From assembly GCF_009914755.1 (NCBI RefSeq), contig NC_060936.1: a stretch of 64,000 bases of DNA. One strand, written 5' to 3'. This document shows, in pieces, positions 51,606 through 64,000 of the stretch (position 1 is its first letter; every line of letters begins with the position of its first letter). A program made the position numbers and the translations under genes. Under the pieces are notes generated by a model, which did no database searches, was not told the origin of the DNA, and saw only the letters and a list, made by a program, of their open reading frames with translations. Source of the DNA: the human T2T-CHM13v2.0 reference genome, Homo sapiens.

Positions 51606-54600
51606 TATAACTATATCTTAAAGTTTCATTCGAAACTGTTATTTCCCCATGTGTGTGTTCTAATTCTGGTCTTGTCTTTATAAGCACATAATGAATGAGT
51701 ATTAACTCACTGCTGTTTCTCCCCATTCTCTGTAACTTGCAGGTGATCTCCGTGTCTCAGGGTTAAGCTCAGCTCCACATGACAAAACGTCAATATGGAG
51801 CAAACAAAAAAATAACTGGTTTAAACACAACAGAAATGTATGTTTCTTAAGCAGTCTAGGGATATAATATGATATCTTAAAGGTAATATCAGAGATACAA
51901 GCTTTTATCTTTCTTATCTGTCATCTTAAGCACATGGCTTCCATTTCTGTGGCCATTTTGTGGCTCGGCATGGTTGTTAATGATCTAGCTGACAGCATAT
52001 TCATGTTACAAGCTAGAAGCAGGAGGGAAGAAAGAAGGGCATGCCACCTCTGTCTAGAAAGATTTCCTGAAAGTCACATGTACTTCCATTTACATCTCAC
52101 GGGCCAGAATTTTATTGGGAAATATGGCCACCCCATATGAATTGCAGCTATATTGAGGAATGGGAAAATTGGTAGAAGTAGGCATTAAAAATGTTTGCCA
52201 CATCTTTCAAGGCCCCAGGAAAATTCTGGATTTTGCTCAGGGGTGTTGGGCCAATGCTGTGTAGCAATGTGATGGATACCAGAGAAAGACACAGAAGGCT
52301 GCAGAGATATAACTGTATCTGAGAAATACCAGGTGTTAGGCCTTACCTGGCATAAGGAACTCTAGATTACTCCTGTAGGGGCACCTTCCTTAGTGCCATG
52401 CTCTTTCAAAATACAAAAGATAAGTGAAGGGAAAAGAAATACCTTACTTTGATTAGGAGCATGAAGAGACAATGTGTTTTTGTTTGTAGATTGGTTTTGC
52501 TTTTGCCAGTGAGGCAAAGAAAGACAATAGAACCACCTCTGCGGACTTTTATTAATTAAAAAATATATATCTGGCTAAGTTGGTGTTAAATATGGTCCTT
52601 TCTGAAGGAAGGAGTATTAACTAGATTACATTGTAATGGATTTTTAAATCTAGTAGGAGAAAAGAAATCTAAGTTTAAATAGCTCTTACTGGATTTTTAA
52701 AATATTTAGCAAATGACTATTATTTATTAGTATTATATAGTGTTCTCACATTGTAAAAACTTAAAAAAAAAACAAAACATTTAAATTTATTTGAAATATA
52801 GCTCTCACTGTATATATATCCAGAAAACAATTTTTGAATATTTTCTCTAAACTGGCTTGGGAATTCTGTACTATTCATTTCTTATATAATTTGTTTGGTG
52901 TACTTATAACAACAAGAAGAACAAAAACAATAATAAAATCGTGTTACCCTTTAAGTAAAAATGAGCATGTAGGTTGAGAACAATCTGAAAAAATCAGGGA
53001 ACAACATTACTTACTCCAGCTTTGGGAATATGCATGGATCCGGATCCCATAATGGAATCAAAACCTCCACTGAATATTTAATGAAATGTGGCACAGTTAT
53101 GGAAAAAAGAGATTTATCAGTCAATGTAAAATGGTTAAACAATTGCACGTGCTCTTCTTTTGTGAGTTCTGTACCCAAAATAACTTTGTTTACAAAAAGA
53201 GAAATCTAAGGCAAATAGCAATTTTATCCATTGAATAATACTAACCATCTGCTTGTTTTCTGCAGGGATTTGGAAGGCAGGAGTGGTAGGACTTGTGATT
53301 TCATCAAGCATCTATAATTCACCAATTCTACAGCAATACAAATTTTGGATCCTTTTTCCATATAGAAATGTGATGTCTTCACCCTCTCATGGAATAGCAG
53401 GGAGGTTGCAGAGCAGGCCTCAGGGATTTGAGTTCTCTTTTGCTTTTCTAGTAGCTGGTTGAGGGTGGACTAGATTACTAGTAATTATACAAAATGAGAG
53501 TGATCTGTTATTGAGCTCTATGTGTCAGACTATGCTAAATTCTTTACACTACTGTCTCAATTAATTTAATCCATACCATAGTTCTATGAGGTACATGTGC
53601 TTACTCTCTTCATTTTACAGATAAAGAAATCAAAGAAGAAAGAGATTGAAACTGACCAAAGGTTGCATGGATGCTTGGGTTGAATTGGTAGAACTGAGAG
53701 CTCTAGACTAAAGGATTTCTATGATTTTCCCCAGTTTTGACTTTGACTTCTAGAGTTTTTTTAATGTGGATATTTAAACCATGTTGGAAAGTCATCTATG
53801 AGCACACTGGGCAGAACTCCTGACTGAAAGCAGCCCTGGATAACTGACTAATGGAATAATGTCCTCAGTGTTTATGTTGTTGGAATTATTTACAGAAATA
53901 ATTTTTTAAAATCTCCCAGGGTCTCCAGGACAAATCGAATAGATAGCCGAGGTGCAGCTACTGCCATGGCCAGGGTAATCCAGGGCCATTATCACCACAC
54001 CAAGGTGAGTTTCCTGAGGCAGCGTGACCCATATTCCGTCTGTGCCCATCCCCAGACCCTTGGAGAATCAACACATGGGCCTCACGGAATCCATTAACCT
54101 CCTGAAAGCAGATGAGACATTTGAATGTAGGCTATATGAACGTTTTTCTGAGAGGAAACTGACAGCTTTTCTATGGAGAACTATTACATTATTATTATTT
54201 TTTAAAAGAAGTTTGTCAATGAAGAGAGAATAAGATGGTAAAGACATCTTGAAGGGAAAGTGGGGCTGACAGAAAGTTTATTTTAACATACGAAGGAGCT
54301 GGGGACATCTTTGACTTCAGGGGAAAAAGGCGACAGAGAGAGGGAGAGAGAGAGAAAGTGAAGAAATAAGAGGAAAAGAGTCAATAGAACATTGTTCTAG
54401 TGGGGATTGGTGGGGATAAAATCGGTCGTAGAAAGCAACCGTAGAAAGTGACTCTTTCCCCTGAGAGAAAGGAGAGGATGGTGAAGATGGAGGATAATAG
54501 TTGGAAGGAAGAAAAATTGAAAGGTAAGTTACTGGTTAAGAGTAAGAGATCAGGGATGAGATTAAAGTCAGGAGAAAAGTAGACAAGTTTGGAAAAGCTG

Positions 54601-54656
54601 TCTTGAGGGATGCCACCAGCATAAGGAGCCAGCTGGGATGGAAGAACAAAGATTTG

Positions 54657-54787
54657 TTTTTTTCCTGGTGGAGTGACCCAAACTTTCATTCCTGAAGGGC
54701 CTGGGTGATTTGTAGTTCTGCCTGGATTGGGCTATTGTAGTTTCCCATTGACCTTTATCACAGGGCATGGTAATAGTAAGGGATACC
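54657..54787 (-). mobile_element. Displaced HERV-L internal fragment
   Basis: About 88% identical by hand alignment to 55900-56030. Confidence 0.88.
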
Positions 54788-54849
54788 ATATATATACATA
54801 TATATGCAGGGATTTGGAAGCAAGAGTGGTAGGACTCTTATTATTATTA

Positions 54850-55230
54850 AAACTTATTAAGTTTTAAGTCACACGATCACAAGGTCCCACAATATAGGCT
54901 GTCTGGAGGCTGACAAGCAAGGAAAGCCAGTCTGAGTTCCAAAACTGAAGAACTTGGAGTCCGATATTTGAGGGCAGGAAGCATCCAGCGCAGGATAAAG
55001 ATGTAGGCTGGAAAGCTAGGCCAGTCTGTCTTTTCACATTTTTCTGCCTGCTTATATTCTAGCCGTACTGGCAGCTGATTAGATTGTGCCCACCCACCCA
55101 GATTAAGGGTGGGTTTGCCTTTCCCAGCCCACTGACTCAAATGTTAATCTCCTTTGGCAACACCCTCATAGACATACCCAGGATCAATACTTCAATCCAA
55201 TCAAGTTGACACTCAGTATTAACCATCACA
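54850..55230 (-). mobile_element. MLT2A (HERV-L) 3' LTR lacking its outer terminus
   Basis: cacacgatcacaaggtcccacaat...gagttccaaaactgaagaacttggagtccgat...cactcagtattaaccatcaca. Confidence 0.92.
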
Positions 55231-57157
55231 AGTCCACCCTTTGTCAACTTGAACCCATACACATCTCCTGAGATCATACATAATCTTCAAATAAAGACAA
55301 TAATAAGGTCATAATTACACCTAAGATAATATAACTATCCTTCATACAACCGGAAATGCACCGATCCCCAACCCAAATACTATTACATAAAGTTAACAAT
55401 ACTTTATGCTGATGTGATGTGCTGATGTGAAGTCAATAAATCTTACATGATAAAAGAGAAAGGAAATAAAATGAAGATATTTTCTTAGTACAAGTGTATA
55501 CATGCACAAACAAGTTTTTAACAAAAGAAGGTGGCTCATGCCAGTAATCCTAGCACTTTGGGAAGCCGAGGTGGGCGAATCACCTGAGGTCAGGAGTTCA
55601 AGACCATCCTGGCCAACATGGTGAAACTCTATCCCACTAAAAAGTACAAAAATTAGCCCGGTGTGTTCGTGGGTACCGTGTAATCCCAGCTACTTGGGAG
55701 GCTGAGGCAGGAGAATCACTTCAACCTGGGAGGTGGAGGTTGCAGTGAGCCGAGACTGTGCCATTGCACTCCAGCCTGGGCAACAAGAGCGAAACTCTGT
55801 CTCAAGAAAAAAAAAGCTGGTATTGATGACTACCTTCTTCTACTACCCCTTCTGTATTCCCTTTGCCTTCAGCAAACATCTCAGCAGGTCATGATTTTTT
55901 TTTTTTCTTGGTGGAATGACCCAAACTTTCATTCCTAAAGGGTCTGGGCCATTTGTAGTCCTACCTGGATTGAGCTGTTGTGGTTTCCCATTGACCTTAA
56001 TCACAGGGCATGGTAATACTAAGAGATGCCCTAAGGGATCTCCTGTATTCCATGAGTACTCTTCCCTACCTCTGTTGTGGAGTAGTAAACTGATTTCATT
56101 TTGATAGCTCGAGTCAATCACCCCAGCCAACACTGTAACTCCCTTCTTAGCCTGTTGACTTAAAGGTAGGAGGAGCCCAAAGTGTACAGGTGGCAATCTT
56201 AACTTCCAGTTTAATGGAATCGCTGTTGTGTCTACTGGTGGAAGCATTCCTCCTTCTGGAACTAAGACCTCTAGACTAGCAGAACGTATTGTCGTGGGAA
56301 TAGGAATCAAAAATTTTGCTAGTGGATCACTAGGGGTGATGGTAAGTGGTACTACTTCTACTTCTACCCCTTGATTCCTAGCCCTGTGAATCCTGGCTAT
56401 GGGAGAAACAGTACCATATATTAGATGCTGATTCAGAACATACACAGCCTTCTGGAGAACTTTGCCCTAGCCCTGCAAAGTATTGTCATGTAGTTGGCAT
56501 TGTGATTGTGACTTCAAAAGGCCATTCCACTGTTTTATCAATCCAGCTGCTTCAGGATGATGGGGAACATGGTAAGACCAGTGAATTCCATGAGCATGAG
56601 CCCACTGCCGCACTTCTTTAGCCGTAAAGTGAGTGCCTTGGTCAGAGGCAATGCTGTGTGGAATACCATGACGGTGGATAAGGCCTTCCAATGAGTCCAC
56701 AGATGGTAGTCTTGGCAGAAGTGTTATGTGCAGGATAGGCAAACTCATATCTGGAGTAAGTGTCTATTCCAGTGAAGACAAATCGCTGCCCGTTTCATGA
56801 TAGAAGAGGTCCAATATAATCAACTTACCACCAGGTAGCTGGCTGATCCCCTGAGGAATGGTGCCATATCAAGGGCTCAATGTTGGTCTCTCCTGCTGGC
56901 AAATTGGGCACTCAGCAGTGGCCATAGCCATGTCAGCCTTGGCGAGTGGAAGTCCATGTTGCTGAGCCCATGCATAACCTCCATCCCTGCCACCATGACA
57001 ACTTTGTTCACAGGACCATTGGGCAATGACAGGGGTGGCTGGGGAAAGAGGCTGAGTGGTGTCCACAGAGTGCATCCTATCCACTTGATTATTAAAATCC
57101 TCCTCTGCTGAGGTCACCCAATGGTGAGCACTCACGTACAATACAAATACCTTCACA
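55231..57157 (-). mobile_element. HERV-L internal region (integrase and dUTPase), 5' part lost
   Basis: ORFs 56869-57156 (zinc-finger region ECPICQQ), 56467-56748 (GIPHSIASDQGTHFT, integrase core), 55843-56445 (LPPVHFGLLLPLS..GVTVLAGVIDSSYQNEI, dUTPase). Confidence 0.93.
55530..55815 (+). mobile_element. AluSq-like inside HERV-L, slightly 5' truncated, no visible TSD
   Basis: ggtggctcatgcc...ggcaacaagagcgaaactc, poly-A. Confidence 0.92.
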
Positions 57158-57979
57158 CTCAGATTAAATAGTTCCTATCCAGACTTATTCACACCTTCTT
57201 CTACATGTGTGGCTGCCACACATGGTTGTATGGTTTGTGCAGTGTGCAACTTGAGGGCATGCACTCCCATTGTAGGCATGGTGCATTTGTATTTTATCAT
57301 GATTTTCTGGCAGATGGCAGTAAAGCATCTTGTTCTCACAACATCAGTATGCCACAGCTTTCCAGTGCTGAAAGTAGTGTCTTGAAGGGACACTTGAGCC
57401 TTTCTCAAACTTGCAGAAAGGTGTTCTGTGGCCTAGCAGCAGCCCTAGGTGCAGAGGGATAGCAGAAATAATGTAGTAGGTGGAAGGATGCAAGGCGGCT
57501 CCTGATCCTATGCTGTAGTCAAAAAGGTCAATCCTCTGTCTGCTCAATAGACCTGGGCTTTTCTGTCTTGGCCAATGCAGATCATCTTACTTTGTGCTGC
57601 TCTTTCCAAATACCAAGGATGGTTAAAAACCTAGACCCATTCTCCCTTTATCCTAAAATCCTTTCCAGAATTGAATGCCTGATTATTTTTCTCTGCTAAG
57701 TTTATTTGCCAGCACCTTATCTGCTTCTAACAAGGCACTACCTTGTATTAATATTACTATATTTTCAGATGCATATGTCTTTATAGTCCCTAAATAATTT
57801 GAAATCCACAGATAACAGCAAAGCTAGTTGAGCCAACAAGGCACTATTGATCCATGTGGGTCAACCATGAGGTAAAGATACCCTATCTCACAGGTGGGCC
57901 TGTCTAGCTTGCTGTCCAAATAACTGAGGCCTATACTATTCCGTAAAGTCAAGAATCTTTAGGCATCAAGGTAATTTAT

Positions 57980-58450
57980 TTCACAAGGCTCTACAAGACC
58001 TGCTCTACTGGTTGCCTCTCTGATCTACTCTCCTCCCATACTCACTGGTCCCAGTTATACCCCCCTCTTATTCCTCCCACCACAGAGTCTTTGGGCTTGC
58101 CATTTCTACTGCTGAACTCTTCACTCCACATCCCACGTGGCTTGTTCCCTTGCCTTCTTCAGTACTGGCTGACATGTCACCTTCTTAGTGACACCTTCCT
58201 TGTCCATCCTATTTGAATCACAGTAAACCTCCTTCAGCAGTTCCTTATCATCCTTCTAGGTTTATTTTCCAGCATATCACCACCTTCCAACATGCTATCT
58301 TAAAGTATTTATTTTGTATATTGTTCGTTTCCCATCACTAAAGTACAAGCTTCATGAAGACAGATAATTTTGTCTGTTTCTTGCCCTTGGCACCAGTCCA
58401 GGATCTCCCTAGCACAGAGAACATAGCAGGCAAGTCATTCTATATTTAAG
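57980..58450 (+). mobile_element. L2a 3' region
   Basis: atgtcaccttcttagtgacaccttcctt...aagcttcatgaagacagataattttgtctgtt motifs. Confidence 0.75.
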
Positions 58451-58880
58451 TTGTTTGCAAATAACTTCATATATTACTCTCCTAGATTGTGTGTACAACC
58501 ACCAAAGTATTTTCTAAACCAAAATTTGATACACGTGTCTGACGTTTTAAAGACACTTCCAGATTTCTGTGCAGCCTCAACATAGACTTTGGGCACTAAT
58601 GCTGCCATATTTTGGGAAAATTTTGAGGATTCAAAGACAATAAAATGGTGATTTGAAATCAGGATCGTTCTGTAAAACATAGAACTTATCACTGCTAAAC
58701 TGTGGCTGGATAGACAACAGGCTAAATCCCAATAGAAATTCTTTAAATCTCTGAAGATGGTATCTTGTGTGACGGCTGTGGCTGTAGAGAGATTCTCGAG
58801 CACTCAGGTTCTTTCAAATCGCAACCTAACTACCTAGTTTACTTACGTGAGGTCATCAACATATAGTAATATATTGCCTC

Positions 58881-58882
<2 letters not shown>

Positions 58883-58924
<42 letters not shown>
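58883..58924. repeat. (CA)21 perfect microsatellite
   Basis: Uninterrupted CA run. Confidence 0.98.
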
Positions 58925-58928
<4 letters not shown>

Positions 58929-60159
58929 GTGAAAGGTGGTTGAAAAATTTCTCTAGGTTTGTATTTAAAGACCCTCAGTTGAGCAATAATGTTTCTTTGA
59001 AACCTAAGTCTCTTCAGCAGTATTTTCCTTCCCTTGTGGTAATGGAAAATAGCTGACTATAGAAATAAATGAAATAATTTGGAAAACATTTCAGGATAAG
59101 TATGAGGATAAAATGGATGCAAAAAATGAAGAAGTAATTTCTCATATTCTGCTTTAAACTTTAGGCTATACAATTGCTGTCATCAGCATGTACACATTTG
59201 AAAGTTATGAGGTAAAGTGATGAACTGGCTGTGTTTGATTAGAATCAATAGAAGATAACATGTTAAGAACAAATAACTTAACCCTGCATGTTAATCCCAG
59301 AACCACATTAACTTCAGCAATCTCCATCAGCTTTAATTTTACATCCCCCAGTAACTATATTTTTTTATAGTTGTCAGAGACAGTCAATCTTAAAGTTCTA
59401 AGATAGTCCATCTACTTTCATGAAGAAAAAAAAGAAACTGAAGCCTTCGATTTAACACAAATCTAAGTGCTACAATAAGGGATTATTAATACAGATCTGT
59501 TGACCCATTATGCTTTTTGACAATGAATTGGGGATGTCTCTTTTCCTTTGAACAAAATCAGCTAAATTTTGAATATATCTTTGAAAATGTTTCCAAGTGT
59601 CAATCAGTCATAAAATTTAAGCGTTAGAAACAAGTGGCTGCTCCTAAAATGAAGAAACAGGAAGTGGTATCCATCTTATTTTCAGTTTTTCCAGAAGCCT
59701 CTCTTGTGTGTCCAGAGCAAGCACAGAATGTCTGCAGGACCCTTCTCTAATCCTCCTGGTGCTGAGTTGGTGAGTGTGTTTATGTCCTGCCTCTCACTTG
59801 AAGAGGCACACGCTTAGGAAACAGCTGTTGACAATTAAATTAATTATCATTTGTCAACAGCATTCTGAGGCCCAGAAAGTCTGTGTTCACGGAAAAGAAT
59901 GCTGTCGGGCCACAGTGCACTTTGGAGCGTGTGTTCACTTACAGGACCCATCTAGTTTGGTAAAGTATCTTTAAGATTAAGGTTTTCAAAGCAGTGACAA
60001 TAACAACTGCCACACAGTTCAGTAATCTCTGCCTCCTAACTTTAGGGTACTTGCTCATCACTTATTTCAGCATTTGTGTTTACCTTGCATTTTAACACAA
60101 CCCTTAAAAATTAAGGACAAAGAGCAGAGACTAAAATGGATATAAGAAGTCTTAATGTG

Positions 60160-60445
60160 GGCTGGGCGTGGTGGCTCATGCCTATAATCTCAGCACTTTG
60201 GGAGGCTGAGATGGGAGCACTGCCTGAACTCAGAAGTTGGAGACCAGCCTTGGCAACATGGCAAAACCCTGTCTCTAAAAAAATACAAAAATTAGCCAGG
60301 CGTGGTTGTGCGCACCTTTAGTCCCAGCTACTCGGGAGGCTGAGGAGGGAGGATTGCTTGAGTTCAGGGGTTGAGGCTGCAGTGAGCTATGATCATGCCA
60401 CTGCACTCCAGCTTGGTGACAAAGGGAGATCCTGTCTCAAAAATT
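60160..60445 (+). mobile_element. AluJ-like
   Basis: ggaggattgcttgagttcaggggttgaggctgcagtgagctatgatc motif. Confidence 0.92.
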
Positions 60446-60506
60446 TATATTAAACAATTATTTTAAAAAGGAAATATCAATGTGGGCATTTAAGAATGAG
60501 TAGTTA

Positions 60507-60803
60507 GGCTGGGCATGGTGGCTCATGCCTGTAATCCTAGCACTTTGGGAGGCCGAGGTGGGTGGATCATTTGAGGTCAGGAGTTCCAGACCAGCCTGGC
60601 CAACATGGTGAAACCCTGCCTCTACTAAAAATACAAAAATTAGCCGGTCATGGTGGCGCTTGCCTGTAGTCCCAGCTACTCAAGAGGCTGAGGTTGAAGC
60701 ATCATTTGAACTCAGGAGGCGGAAGTTGCAGTGAGCCAAGATTGCGCCACTGTACTCCAAGCCAGGGCGACAGAGCGACATTCCATCTCAAAAAAAAAAA
60801 AAA
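60507..60803 (+). mobile_element. AluSx-like
   Basis: Full dimer, poly-A, TSD AAGAATGNNTAGTT. Confidence 0.94.
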
Positions 60804-61274
60804 GAATGCATAGTTGACGGTTAAAGCTTAAGTTCCTTGGGTAATAACCCCAAACAATCTATGAATGAGAAATCTAACCATTTAACTCCTTGGTTAAAAC
60901 ACTTGGACATAAATAGTCTGAAGAGCTAAATATGACAGAGGACCAAGAGCTTTAACTTGCTGACTAACCTTTCTTGGTTATGTCTATTTCTACAAAGTTC
61001 AGCCAAAAAGCGATTAACCTCAAACTTGACAGATGACTGAGAAAAAAACAAGTGTATTTAAGTCACCCGGATAGTTAACTTTTGTGTTTTTCTTTTGTAA
61101 ATTAAAAAAAAATGTTGGGAGTTGAGAATGAAAGAGACATATTTAGAAAATATACTTTATCCAATTAGAGCTTTCAATTAAAGTCAACTTCTTTCTAAAT
61201 TATTTTTGTTTTTAAAATAAAAGTGTTTACGTAGAAAAATAATTTGCATGAATATGCTTCTTGAAGCATTGTTG

Positions 61275-61415
61275 TTTTTCGTTTTTTTGTTGTTTTAAGA
61301 GACAGGGTCTCTCTATGTTGCCCAGGCTGGTCTTGAACTCCTGAGTTCAAACAAACCTCTGGCCTTAGCCTTCCAAAGTGCTGGGATAACAGGTGTGAGC
61401 CACTGCGCCTGGCCC
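61275..61415 (-). mobile_element. FLAM/Alu monomer
   Basis: Single arm gagacagggtctc...gagccactgcgcctggcc, flanked by AGCATTGTT. Confidence 0.85.
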
Positions 61416-61519
61416 AGCATTGTTTGTAATAAGAAACATTTGGTAAGGAATTTAAATACCCCCTAGGTGAATGGGTGAGTACATTATGAGAGAATTGACC
61501 CAATAGCCATTTCTTTTTA

Positions 61520-64000
<2,481 letters not shown>

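Noticed and set aside
51750-52200. Possible ancient LTR (LTR33-like)
   Set aside because: Too diverged to assign by eye.
57200-57450. Overlapping ORFs right of the HERV-L
   Set aside because: Sequence resembles a degenerate hAT-Tip100 (MER91-like) element; too uncertain to list as a feature and no coding evidence.
58474-58803. 109-aa minus-strand ORF in unique DNA
   Set aside because: No recognisable homology, GTG start and no convincing splice sites; compatible with chance. BLASTP/PhyloCSF would settle it.

Overview
Primate (very probably human) genomic DNA, AT-rich and mostly interspersed repeats: about 20 Alu/FLAM copies, L1s from L1ME to L1PA2-like, ERVL/HERV-L remnants, MaLR and other LTRs, MIR/L2 and DNA transposons. 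I recognise no intact protein-coding gene, RNA gene or CRISPR array. Most long ORFs in the track derive from Alu, L1 or ERVL. Two gene-derived pieces are present. One is a full-length FAM133B-type processed pseudogene (11082-13473, minus) with poly-A and a 17-bp TSD. The other is a ~150-bp internal beta-tubulin (TUBB4B-like) coding fragment inside a MER44 transposon, which itself sits inside an ERVL. The most unusual signals are traces of non-canonical DNA capture and rearrangement: the tubulin capture, a templated patchwork at a HERV-L LTR end, two L1 3' transductions, L1s with microhomology deletions or an inversion, and four Alus stacked at one target site. Several splice-site-flanked plus-strand segments hint at a lncRNA. 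I do not see a convincing novel biological system. Repeat subfamily names come from recognition of consensus motifs, not a database search.
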